NCBI GenBank assembly: GCA_026391795.1
Contig: JAPLDI010000049.1
Span: 98,594-162,593 of the forward strand
Source: Bacteroidota bacterium
Lineage (GTDB): Bacteria; Bacteroidota; Bacteroidia; Bacteroidales; FEN-979
DNA length: 64,000 bases
Direction of reading: 5' to 3'
The notes under the pieces are model-generated. The model had not been told where the DNA came from, made no database searches, and saw only the letters and a program-made list of their open reading frames with translations. This document shows, in pieces, positions 10,118 through 18,508 of the stretch (position 1 is its first letter; each line of letters opens with the position of its first letter). Position numbers and translations under genes: made by a program.

Positions 10118-11026
10118 TTATTTTAGGGTTTTCAAGTATTCAATTATTTTCTTGACCTCATCCTCTTTTACAGTACCCTTGTATGGTTTCATCACTCCTT
10201 TTGAGAAACCTGCAACGATATCCTTGTCGGGATCAAAAATGGAAGTTGTGATGTATTCATCATCTACCTTTACCTTTCGCTCAACTCCATTCGTGGTAAC
10301 GTTTTCAGTTTTTCCGTAAAGACCTTTAAAGCTGACACTGACCAGTCGCGAACCGTCGAGGGAATGGCAGCCGATGCATGCATTCTTCTTCAGGATCATG
10401 AGTCCTTCAGGCTCTGCAGAAGAAACTTTCAATGCCTTTAGCCAGAGGGAAAACTGCATCGGTGTGACAACTCTGACTTTCGTTCCCATATAGGAATGCC
10501 GGACGCCGCAGTAAGCTGTACAAAAGATCTCATAATCACCGATCTGCTGCGGGGTAAACCACATATAATTGTTTTTTCCCGGAACCACATCTTCCTTAAC
10601 CCGGAATGCCGGAATTGAGAATCCATGAATAACATCTTCGGAATGAAGGTTGAGTTTGACAGGGTTGTTCAGCGGCAGAACCAGCTCGTTTGCAACCTTT
10701 GAACCTGGATATTCAAAACTCCACTGCCACATCCTGCCAATCACTTTTACCTGCATGGCATCTTTTGGCACCCAGATCATCGGTTGAAAAGCAGCATATC
10801 CGTAATAAAACAGAAACAGAACAATGATGATCGGGATCGTGATCCAGGTGATCTCAAGTGCCGTGCTGTCCTTTACCTGTACCGCTTTTGGATGCCTTTT
10901 GCGGTTGTACCTGACCACAAAAAAGAGCATTGTCGCCGTAATGACCAGTAAAAAGAAAAAACTGATTCCGAAAAGTAGTTTAAAAACCCAATCTACTCCT
11001 TCAACAAAATTTGATGCACCGTTCAT
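10118..11026 (-). CDS. coxB: Cytochrome c oxidase subunit II with C-terminal cytochrome c
   Basis: LEITW, MWQWSF, DVIHGF, CuA motif CTAYCGVRHSYM, heme c motif CIGCH. Confidence 0.93.
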   Translation of the reverse strand: MNGASNFVEGVDWVFKLLFGISFFFLLVITATMLFFVVRYNRKRHPKAVQVKDSTALEITWITIPIIIVLFLFYYGYAAFQPMIWVPKDAMQVKVIGRMWQWSFEYPGSKVANELVLPLNNPVKLNLHSEDVIHGFSIPAFRVKEDVVPGKNNYMWFTPQQIGDYEIFCTAYCGVRHSYMGTKVRVVTPMQFSLWLKALKVSSAEPEGLMILKKNACIGCHSLDGSRLVSVSFKGLYGKTENVTTNGVERKVKVDDEYITTSIFDPDKDIVAGFSKGVMKPYKGTVKEDEVKKIIEYLKTLK

Positions 11027-11034
11027 AAAATAGT

Positions 11035-11123
11035 AATTACGGATTACGAATTAAGAATTAATAATTGAGTTCATAAAGGTTATAAAGTTCATAAAGTTTT
11101 TAAAGTTCATAAAATCATAAAAT
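11035..11123. repeat. Composite intergenic repeat: AATTACG-type 7-mers followed by GTTCATAAA-type 9-mers
   Basis: aattacg gattacg aattaag aattaat aattgag, then gttcataaa ggttataaa gttcataaa gtttttaaa gttcataaa. Confidence 0.8.
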
Positions 11124-11159
11124 GTTCTCATTCTTTGTTATCACAACTTCACCACATGT

Positions 11160-11444
11160 CTATCTGAAGATATAATCCGAGAATGTAAGAAGAATAACCG
11201 AAACATAGATCGCAAGAACCATTACCACGAGTATTCTGAGCAGGAGGTTTTCCAGCTTCAGGTGCATGAAATAGGCAAGTACGATTGCTGCCTTTGTAGA
11301 AGCCAGCAGTAACGCTATCAGTACTGTAAATGCCGTAAGGTCGAGCCAGGGGACCAGGATGGTAAGCGTTGTAAGTACCAACAACCCGATCAGAACTTTC
11401 CCGTATAGCGGATAACCTGTAATGTGTGCAGCTTCTGTTGACAT
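11160..11444 (-). CDS. coxD: Cytochrome c oxidase subunit IV (caa3-type)
   Basis: LLVLTTLT, ASTKAAIVLAYFMHLK, FSDY; three hydrophobic helices. Confidence 0.88.
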   Translation of the reverse strand: MSTEAAHITGYPLYGKVLIGLLVLTTLTILVPWLDLTAFTVLIALLLASTKAAIVLAYFMHLKLENLLLRILVVMVLAIYVSVILLTFSDYIFR

Positions 11445-11513
11445 ACTTTTTAACAATTACGCATTATAAATTATGATATAAACTACTCGCTCTCTTGTGA
11501 CCCAATCGCCAAT

Positions 11514-12119
11514 TTATGTTACCAGATACAGGAGCGGAAAGAGAAATATCCAGATCAGGTCAACCAGGTGCCAGTAAAGTCCACCATTCTCGAGCAGTAC
11601 ATAATGTTCATCGGTGATCAGTCCCATTCTGACTTTGACGAGGGCAACCACCAGGATAACCGCTCCGATGACTAGGTGAAGCATGTGTAACCCCGTCATA
11701 AAGAAATAGAGACTGAAGAAAAGAATGTAACCATGCCTGAGTGTCTGCATCAGTTCTGTCCCCGGATACAACGTGATGGATATTTTGTGCCCCCATTCAA
11801 AATATTTATCCACCAGGAAAATGACAGCACAAAGGAGGGTTATGCAGAGAAGAATTGTGGCCATCCGCTTATCTTTTTTCTGAACCGCCGAGATCGACAT
11901 GGCGACCGTCATACTGCTGATTAGGAGAACCACTGTATTCAAAGCCCCAATGAATGTGTTTAGCTGAAGGGAGGCCTGGTGAAAGTCATCCGGGTATCGA
12001 TGCCTCATAACGGCATAAACAAGGAATAACCCACCGAACAGCAAGATTTCGGTAAAAATAAATACCCACATTCCCAGTTTTGCGCCCACATCGTCACGTG
12101 GCATTTCTATATGATCCAT
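11514..12119 (-). CDS. coxC: Cytochrome c oxidase subunit III (short form)
   Basis: GMWVFIFTEILLFGGLF, NTVVLLISS, TGLHMLH, GLYWHLVDLIWIFLFPLLY. Confidence 0.93.
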   Translation of the reverse strand: MDHIEMPRDDVGAKLGMWVFIFTEILLFGGLFLVYAVMRHRYPDDFHQASLQLNTFIGALNTVVLLISSMTVAMSISAVQKKDKRMATILLCITLLCAVIFLVDKYFEWGHKISITLYPGTELMQTLRHGYILFFSLYFFMTGLHMLHLVIGAVILVVALVKVRMGLITDEHYVLLENGGLYWHLVDLIWIFLFPLLYLVT

Positions 12120-12126
12120 CTTTTTA

Positions 12127-12181
12127 AATTACGAATTACGAAGTACGAATTACGAATATGTTAACTCACCAATTCACCAGT
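12127..12181. repeat. Composite intergenic repeat AATTACG x4 plus TCACCART x2
   Basis: aattacg aattacg aagtacg aattacg ... tcaccaat tcaccagt, next to the coxA stop. Confidence 0.8.
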
Positions 12182-13785
12182 TAATCATAGTCATACGGCT
12201 TATCCGGTACAGCAGGTGGAGTGGCGAAATTTTCCATTGAAGGGGGCGAAGGCAGCTGCCATTCAAGGGTTTTTCCACCCCAGGGGTTGTCACCCGCTTT
12301 GGCTCCGTTTTTCCTAAATAGATTTATAACCATGATAATGAATCCGATTCCAAGAATATATCCTCCGATGGTCGAAATCTGCTGTGCCCAGGTAAACTGG
12401 GGGAGATAATCAAAATACCTTCTGGGCATTCCTTCAAGGCCAATGATGAATTGCGGGAAATAGAGAAGGTTGAACCCGATAAAAAGAAAACCCCAGGCAA
12501 TATTGGCAACCCTGAAATTGTAAAGTCGTCCGAACATCTTGGGATACCAGTAATGAACCGCACCGAGGAAAGCAAACCCGACACCTCCGAATATGATGTA
12601 ATGGAAATGGGCAACAATAAAAGAAGTATCATGAACCTGGATATCAGTTGCAAGTGCCCCCTGGACAAGTCCGGTCAATCCCCCGATGCAGAACAAAAAG
12701 ATAAAAGCGATTGCGAAGAGCAGAGGAGGTTTCAGGTCGATAGAGCCTTTGTACATGGTGGCTACCCAGTTGAAAACCTTAATAGCGCTGGGAACTGCCA
12801 CAAGGAAGGTGAGAAGTGAAAATGTCCAGATGGCTTCCTTGCTCATGCCAGAGGTGAACATATGGTGTCCCCAAACAAAATACCCGACCCCAGCTATGGC
12901 GAGGCTGGAAATTGCAATCGCTTTGTAGCCGTAAATCTGTTTCTGGCAGAAGGTAGGGATGATCTCGGTGATTACACCCATGGCTGGCAGGATCATTATG
13001 TACACTGCCGGATGTGAATAGATCCAGAACAGGTGCTGGTAAAGAACGGGATCGCCGCCAAGCGCCGGATCAAAGAATCCGATATGGAACAACCTTTCGG
13101 CGATAATCATCAATAAGGTGATACCGATAACCGGTGTTGCAAGGATCTGGATCCAGGCAGTGGCATAAATTGCCCAGGGTAATAAAGGCATTTTGAAGAA
13201 ACTCATTCCCGGCGCACGAAGGCGGTGAATCGTAACGATGAAATTGATGCCGGTCAGAATAGAGGAAAACCCAAGGATGAAAGCCCCGCTCACCGCTGCG
13301 ATCACATTGGTCTGCGTCTGCGTGCTGTAAGGCGCGTAAAACGTCCAGCCGGTATCGGGCGGGCCGTTGCCTGTAAACTGCGATACGACCACGACCGCTG
13401 CACCCAGAATATAAAGGTACCAGGCGAAAAGGTTGAGTCGTGGAAATGCGACATCATTGGCGCCTATCATAATGGGCATGACGAAGTTGCCGAAAACGAC
13501 AGTCAGTCCGGGGATCACGATCAGGAAGATCATGATCAGTCCGTGAAGCGTAAAGATCGCGTTGTAGGTTTGAGGTCCGTAGAACTGTTGCCCGGGCTTA
13601 AAAAGCTCGGTTCGCAACGTTTCCCCGAGGATGCCCCCAACGATAAAGAAAACCAGGATAGACCATAGGTAGAGGAGTCCAATCCTCTTGTGATCAGTAG
13701 TGGTAAGCCAGGCCTTAAGTCCTTTCCGCTTCCCGGTATCGGTCAGATAACTCGGTTCTTCATGAAGATCTGTGTTTCCAGTCAT
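12181..13785 (-). CDS. coxA: Cytochrome c oxidase subunit I, A2-type
   Basis: DHKRIG, TLHG, DVAFPRLN (D-channel), FWIYSHPAVY (YS motif), WGHH, SAIK (K-channel), HDT..VAHFHY, GMPRRY. Confidence 0.96.
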   Translation of the reverse strand: MTGNTDLHEEPSYLTDTGKRKGLKAWLTTTDHKRIGLLYLWSILVFFIVGGILGETLRTELFKPGQQFYGPQTYNAIFTLHGLIMIFLIVIPGLTVVFGNFVMPIMIGANDVAFPRLNLFAWYLYILGAAVVVVSQFTGNGPPDTGWTFYAPYSTQTQTNVIAAVSGAFILGFSSILTGINFIVTIHRLRAPGMSFFKMPLLPWAIYATAWIQILATPVIGITLLMIIAERLFHIGFFDPALGGDPVLYQHLFWIYSHPAVYIMILPAMGVITEIIPTFCQKQIYGYKAIAISSLAIAGVGYFVWGHHMFTSGMSKEAIWTFSLLTFLVAVPSAIKVFNWVATMYKGSIDLKPPLLFAIAFIFLFCIGGLTGLVQGALATDIQVHDTSFIVAHFHYIIFGGVGFAFLGAVHYWYPKMFGRLYNFRVANIAWGFLFIGFNLLYFPQFIIGLEGMPRRYFDYLPQFTWAQQISTIGGYILGIGFIIMVINLFRKNGAKAGDNPWGGKTLEWQLPSPPSMENFATPPAVPDKPYDYD

Positions 13786-13801
13786 GGATTGAAAGTCTTA
13801 A

Positions 13802-14614
13802 CTATGAATTGGATGGTTTGATTGTTTCTTTTGGTTTTGTTTTTTTCCGGGATGAACGTATAAGCAGGGAGATGGACAAGACAACTACAATAAAAATGAT
13901 GATGGTTGCGATCACCTTGGTCACAGCCAGACTGTAACGTCTGCCTGCCGGGTCGTAAGTAAAGCAAAAATCCATAATCCGGTTTATGGTGGGCCTTGAG
14001 ATCCCTTTCTGTGCCTCGATCACGGCCATTTTTACATCGAACGGCAGAAAGGTCGTTCCATAAAGATAGCGGGTTATCTTTCCTTCCGGACTAAGGATCA
14101 TGATGCAACTCGGGTGGATGAAGTCGTTCCCGGCCTGGATGAATTTATATCCGACAGCATTGGTAAGCGCATGAATGTTCGCACTGTCACCCGTAAGATA
14201 GTTCCAGTACTGCCCGTTCGGCCTGCTTTTCTTGTCAAGAAAACTGTTTTTCTTGTCAAGGGCCTTTTCAGGAGTATCCAGAGGGTTGAAAGAGACACTG
14301 ATGATCTGGTATTCCTTACCCAATTGCATGTCCGTTTTTTTTACAACATTCGCTATTCCGGCAAGAAGTTGCGGGCATATCCCCGGGCAATCAAAGTAAA
14401 TCAGCGAGAGTATGGTTGGGCGCTTGATAATTTCTTTCAGGAGTACAGGCTTGTTCGTTTCATCCCTGAATGACAATCCATCCGGTATAATTCGGTCGAG
14501 GTGCTCGACGATACCTACTTCGACAGTGTCAGCAGTGTCCTGGGCCAGGGAACGCAGCGTGCCTGAAACCATGACTAAAACTGCTGTGACCAGGAAAGCT
14601 GTTTTGAAATTCAT
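13802..14614 (-). CDS. SCO family copper chaperone
   Basis: CPGIC motif, conserved His (FIHPS), GKITRYLYG, C-terminal TM helix. Confidence 0.9.
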   Translation of the reverse strand: MNFKTAFLVTAVLVMVSGTLRSLAQDTADTVEVGIVEHLDRIIPDGLSFRDETNKPVLLKEIIKRPTILSLIYFDCPGICPQLLAGIANVVKKTDMQLGKEYQIISVSFNPLDTPEKALDKKNSFLDKKSRPNGQYWNYLTGDSANIHALTNAVGYKFIQAGNDFIHPSCIMILSPEGKITRYLYGTTFLPFDVKMAVIEAQKGISRPTINRIMDFCFTYDPAGRRYSLAVTKVIATIIIFIVVVLSISLLIRSSRKKTKPKETIKPSNS

Positions 14615-14649
14615 ACTGCTGAATGTTAATTATATAGTGCCTCTGATGC

Positions 14650-15057
14650 TCATGTTGCAGATTTCTCTTCCCTGTAAATTCCTGCGATCATCAGGGCACC
14701 CCCCATCAGAGCAGTATCTTTCAGCAACTCGATCAATGCCAATGTCGAAACTTTCGTATGCACCTGGAGAATGGTTACTTCGGTCGGGTCAAAAAGTGAC
14801 GGAACATGGATCGTAAGGATAAAAATGAAAAGAAGGAGTGCCAGCAAAAGACAGGATAGCTGAATGTATTTTTTTGCAATGATGGAGATGCAGGCTGCAA
14901 TCAATGCAAGTCCTGTGATAATAATAGTGTATCCCCCTCCTGGAATGAAGGTGCTGACCATTCCTGTATAATAACTTGTCATGAGAAAATGGTTCAGTCC
15001 AAGGATTCCAAATGGCAGGGCAAACAAGATTCTTCCTATGGTTGTCAGGTGTTTCAT
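14650..15057 (-). CDS. DoxX family membrane protein
   Basis: GRILFALPFGILGLNHF...LLKDTALMGGALM; start MKHLTT. Confidence 0.8.
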   Translation of the reverse strand: MKHLTTIGRILFALPFGILGLNHFLMTSYYTGMVSTFIPGGGYTIIITGLALIAACISIIAKKYIQLSCLLLALLLFIFILTIHVPSLFDPTEVTILQVHTKVSTLALIELLKDTALMGGALMIAGIYREEKSAT

Positions 15058-15068
15058 AGTTGATTTTA

Positions 15069-15977
15069 TTAATTTATTTGTTTTAATTTTATTAAGGAGA
15101 CGAGGATATAAAAGATGAATCCCCAGACTGTGATCAATGAAAACGAAAATGTGAGAATAAGCCATAGAGGGGCCTTTGAGCGTACCGACCACATGGCGCG
15201 GGCATCGGTCAGGCTTTTTAAGATAACCGGTTTGCCAATGGCCAGTGATGCCTTTGCCTCATTTGCGTTCAGGTTCCCTGTTTCATCCTTAACCCTTGCA
15301 GCGAGGTCCAGGATCCCGAATTCGCCACCGGGAAGATCGGCCGGGAAGTCGAAAAATGCAAATCCGGCGGCATTAGTGCTCTTCGGTTCTCCTGTTTTCA
15401 GCCAGCCAAAATACCTTTTAACATTGAGTTGTATTTCGATCCCTTTTGCAGGGATATCCTTTTTGTCTTTCAGGATCTCAGTGCAGAGAACATAGAGTTT
15501 TTGTTGCCTGTAATTGCAGTAGATATGGAGTCTCAGATTCTTGTAACCCATTCCTGCTCTGACCAGCGGTGCAGGCTGCATATAACCGGAATTAAAGCTC
15601 CTGAGATAGGAGATCACCTGCCAGCGTTCTTCTACCGAAAGGATATTTCCAAACTGGGGCATGGGAGTTTTGCCGGTAGTGACCTTGAAAAATATTTCCC
15701 CGTCGGCTTGCTTTTGAAATTTGGCAGAAGCAGGATCTCCCGGGGGGGGGGCGATTTTGGCCCAATTCTGTTTACCCGGATCTCCATGGCACGACTTGCA
15801 GTTTTTCTGAAACAGGCTCTCACCGCTTTTTACCGTCTCAACGGTAAATATGAAAGGAGCCACCTTCTCTTTTGCTTCCTCAGGGATTACCCATGCAGTC
15901 GGGGGCGACTGTGCGAAAACACTGATCCTCAGCAAAAGTAAAATGAAAGCCAAAAGGAATACGTATTTCTTCGTCAT
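15069..15977 (-). CDS. Exported monoheme cytochrome c with C-terminal beta domain and membrane anchor
   Basis: Signal peptide; CKSCH; distal Met in GKTPMPQF; C-terminal TM helix. Confidence 0.85.
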   Translation of the reverse strand: MTKKYVFLLAFILLLLRISVFAQSPPTAWVIPEEAKEKVAPFIFTVETVKSGESLFQKNCKSCHGDPGKQNWAKIAPPPGDPASAKFQKQADGEIFFKVTTGKTPMPQFGNILSVEERWQVISYLRSFNSGYMQPAPLVRAGMGYKNLRLHIYCNYRQQKLYVLCTEILKDKKDIPAKGIEIQLNVKRYFGWLKTGEPKSTNAAGFAFFDFPADLPGGEFGILDLAARVKDETGNLNANEAKASLAIGKPVILKSLTDARAMWSVRSKAPLWLILTFSFSLITVWGFIFYILVSLIKLKQIN

Positions 15978-16030
15978 ATTATTCTATGTTTTCAATCACA
16001 TTCAATTCTGCATCTCTGATACGACATACT

Positions 16031-17359
16031 TCATTCCTTCTCCTCCACCAGCCCTTTTTCCACTGCTGTTTCACGGATCGGAACCACCGGGAAAAATTTG
16101 GATAACATCGTGATCAGGATAAGTACCATAAAGAAGGATGACAGGGTAATGGCAATCTCAATCAGTGTTGGTGTATATACTTTAAAATTGTAAGGTACGT
16201 ATTGAATGGGGAGGTATGGGTGTTCCTGCACCGGGACCACAATGATGTACCGCTTGAACCAGGAGCCGATAAAAACAGCCAGGGCAATGATCAGCAGAGG
16301 AAGAGGGGCCCGCATCTTCCTGAACAGGATCAGGATGATGGGAAGAAGGAGTCCGCCGACCTGGACAGCCCAGAACATGACCGAAAACCGTCCCGAAAAA
16401 AGATCATGAAGGTTGATGGCTTCGGCGGTTTTTAATTTATATACGGGGACCAGAAATTCGTTGATGTTAAAATAGAGGTATACCAGCATTACCAAGACGA
16501 GAAGTTTTCCCATGTTGTTGAAATGCCGTTCGGTGATATACTCGTGAAGTTTGTAATTTTTCTGGAAGAAAAACATTGCGATGATCACGGCTGAGGCGCC
16601 GGAGACAAAGGCCCCAGTAACAAAATAGGGACCGAAGAGAGTGCTGTCCCAACCGGCACGTGTTGTCATGGCGAAGAGCCAGGAGGTAACCGTATGAATG
16701 GCCAGGGCGCAGGGGATGATTAGGGTCAGAAGAATCCTGACACTCCGTTGGATGATGCGGTTCTTCTCCGGTGTGTCTGTCCAGTTGAGGGATAGCACCG
16801 CATACGATTTTTTTACCCATCCGGGGAGATGATCCGTCTTTTTATGGATCCATGCGATATCGGAGATCATGGTCACGAACAGCAAAAGTGCACTCAGGAT
16901 AAAATACGTAGTCACGACAGTTACATCCCACAGAATGGGCGACTGAAATCTTCCGTAAATAAACACATTGGCCAGCCTGTCGGGACGTCCCATATCCATG
17001 ACGATAACCAATCCTGCCAGCGCAGCGAAAGCAACCGCAATGATCTCTGCGATCCGGGTAATGGGAGTGATCCATTTGATCCCGATCAGCCCGAGAACTC
17101 CGCTTATCAGCATTCCGATCAGGCTCGTTGCAACGAAGAATACAAAGTTGGAAAGGTACATGCCCCAGGAAACATAGTCGCGGATCCCGGCTACTCCCAG
17201 GCCAAACCTGAGCTGAAGAGTATATGCGTAAAGGCAGATGCAGAGACCTATGACCAGGAACCCCATCCATATTTTAAATCCACGCGTGATCCGTATATGG
17301 GAGGTGAGATCTTCAGTTATTTTTTTAAGTGCAGCGTTGTTTTCATCCATGGTTTTCAT
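16031..17359 (-). CDS. NrfD/PsrC family quinol-interacting membrane subunit
   Basis: WGMYLSNFVFF, RIAE, DMGRPDR, SPILWD, IHTVTSWLF, W.KRY. Confidence 0.92.
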   Translation of the reverse strand: MKTMDENNAALKKITEDLTSHIRITRGFKIWMGFLVIGLCICLYAYTLQLRFGLGVAGIRDYVSWGMYLSNFVFFVATSLIGMLISGVLGLIGIKWITPITRIAEIIAVAFAALAGLVIVMDMGRPDRLANVFIYGRFQSPILWDVTVVTTYFILSALLLFVTMISDIAWIHKKTDHLPGWVKKSYAVLSLNWTDTPEKNRIIQRSVRILLTLIIPCALAIHTVTSWLFAMTTRAGWDSTLFGPYFVTGAFVSGASAVIIAMFFFQKNYKLHEYITERHFNNMGKLLVLVMLVYLYFNINEFLVPVYKLKTAEAINLHDLFSGRFSVMFWAVQVGGLLLPIILILFRKMRAPLPLLIIALAVFIGSWFKRYIIVVPVQEHPYLPIQYVPYNFKVYTPTLIEIAITLSSFFMVLILITMLSKFFPVVPIRETAVEKGLVEEKE

Positions 17360-18360
17360 GCTTTTTTCGGTTCTGCATCCTTTGAGGGTTCAAACGGGAA
17401 TAACCTGTTCTTAGGTGGAAGATAATAAACCCTGGGTTTTGTTCCCAGTTCAGGAAGAAGCTGGTAGGCTCCGTTTTCACTGAGCAGGGTACTGAGCCTG
17501 ACGGTCTCTTTTGTTGTTCCATTTGTCACGGAATCTTCGTTTTCATCTCCGAAATAATAAACGCCGTTAGGACAGGCGGAGACGCAATAGGGCAGTTTCC
17601 CTTCACGCAGCCTGTCGGAGCTCATCAGGCATTTTGTAATGGTTCCGATGCGTTGAGGAATGTTGAGCTCAACATTATAGGGAAGATCTTTGTCGTGTTC
17701 ATCATACTTCGGTTTGCTCCAGTTCAGCATTCTGGCGGAATAGGGACAGGCTGCAATGCAGAATCGGCAACCGATGCAGCGTGTATTATCAATTAATACG
17801 GGGCCATCCGGTCGTTTAAAGGTGGCATCAACAGGGCATACGGCTACGCAGGGAGGATTGTCGCAATGCTGGCATGGCTTTGGCATATGGAATGCGGGTG
17901 TATGCGGATTCTCCTGCATCTGCAACGTATTCAGATGAAACTGGTCATGGCGGAGATGATGGGCAGACTGGCAGGCATTAATACACTGACGTGCATTCCG
18001 GCACTTTGAAAGGTCGATCACCCAGATCCAGCGACGCCCCGGGATGCCCTCCCGTCCTCTCAGGACCATCTGCTCTTCCGGAGATTTCTCCAGGGCTTTC
18101 ATCTCAAGAGAATCCACTTCAACAAGTTTGTTGTCCTGTGTCAGCAAAACGCTCTTCTTTCCTCCTTTCTTCTTCTCCTTTTCAAAGAGGTCTCCTGAAA
18201 AAAGGGCAGCAGTTCCAGCAGCAGCTCCAGCTCCTATCAAACCGAGGTTGCGTATGAACTTTCGCCGGGAGGCCTGTTTTGAATTATTTGTTTCAGGATG
18301 GGTAAGTTTGTGCTGATTATCCTGATTATTTTCATTCTTTGGAGTTTCTTCCATAGTCAT
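17356..18360 (-). CDS. Tat-exported NrfC/PsrB-like 4Fe-4S protein
   Basis: SRRKFI Tat motif; CQHCDNPPCVAVCP, CIGCRFCIAACPY, GTKPRVYYL. Confidence 0.9.
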   Translation of the reverse strand: MTMEETPKNENNQDNQHKLTHPETNNSKQASRRKFIRNLGLIGAGAAAGTAALFSGDLFEKEKKKGGKKSVLLTQDNKLVEVDSLEMKALEKSPEEQMVLRGREGIPGRRWIWVIDLSKCRNARQCINACQSAHHLRHDQFHLNTLQMQENPHTPAFHMPKPCQHCDNPPCVAVCPVDATFKRPDGPVLIDNTRCIGCRFCIAACPYSARMLNWSKPKYDEHDKDLPYNVELNIPQRIGTITKCLMSSDRLREGKLPYCVSACPNGVYYFGDENEDSVTNGTTKETVRLSTLLSENGAYQLLPELGTKPRVYYLPPKNRLFPFEPSKDAEPKKA

Positions 18361-18384
18361 TTCATCTTCCGGGTATCATATTTG

Positions 18385-18413
18385 CAAATATAGAAAAATA
18401 TTTATGTGTCAAA
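18385..18413 (-). promoter_or_regulatory. Promoter of the respiratory operon
   Basis: TATATTTG (18385-18392) plus TTTG (18410-18413); the -7 box overlaps the palindrome ATATTTGCAAATAT. Confidence 0.6.
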
Positions 18414-18433
18414 ATTTAAAATCATGAACTCAG

Positions 18434-18466
18434 AAAAAAAAGCTGTCTCAAAAGGAGACAGCTTTT
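18434..18466 (-). terminator. Intrinsic terminator
   Basis: AAAAGCTGTCTC-loop-GAGACAGCTTTT with a U8 tract on the minus strand. Confidence 0.85.
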
Positions 18467-18508
18467 AATAATCCTGCCCGGACTTCCGTCCAGTATGGGA
18501 AAGAACAA

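Noticed and set aside
11035..12181. Repeat clusters as a possible CRISPR array
   Set aside because: Units are contiguous 7-9-mers with no unique spacers, and no cas genes are present
13782..13967. 61-aa ORF with HHH/CxC between sco and coxA
   Set aside because: Almost entirely an alternative frame within the sco 3' end; probably spurious
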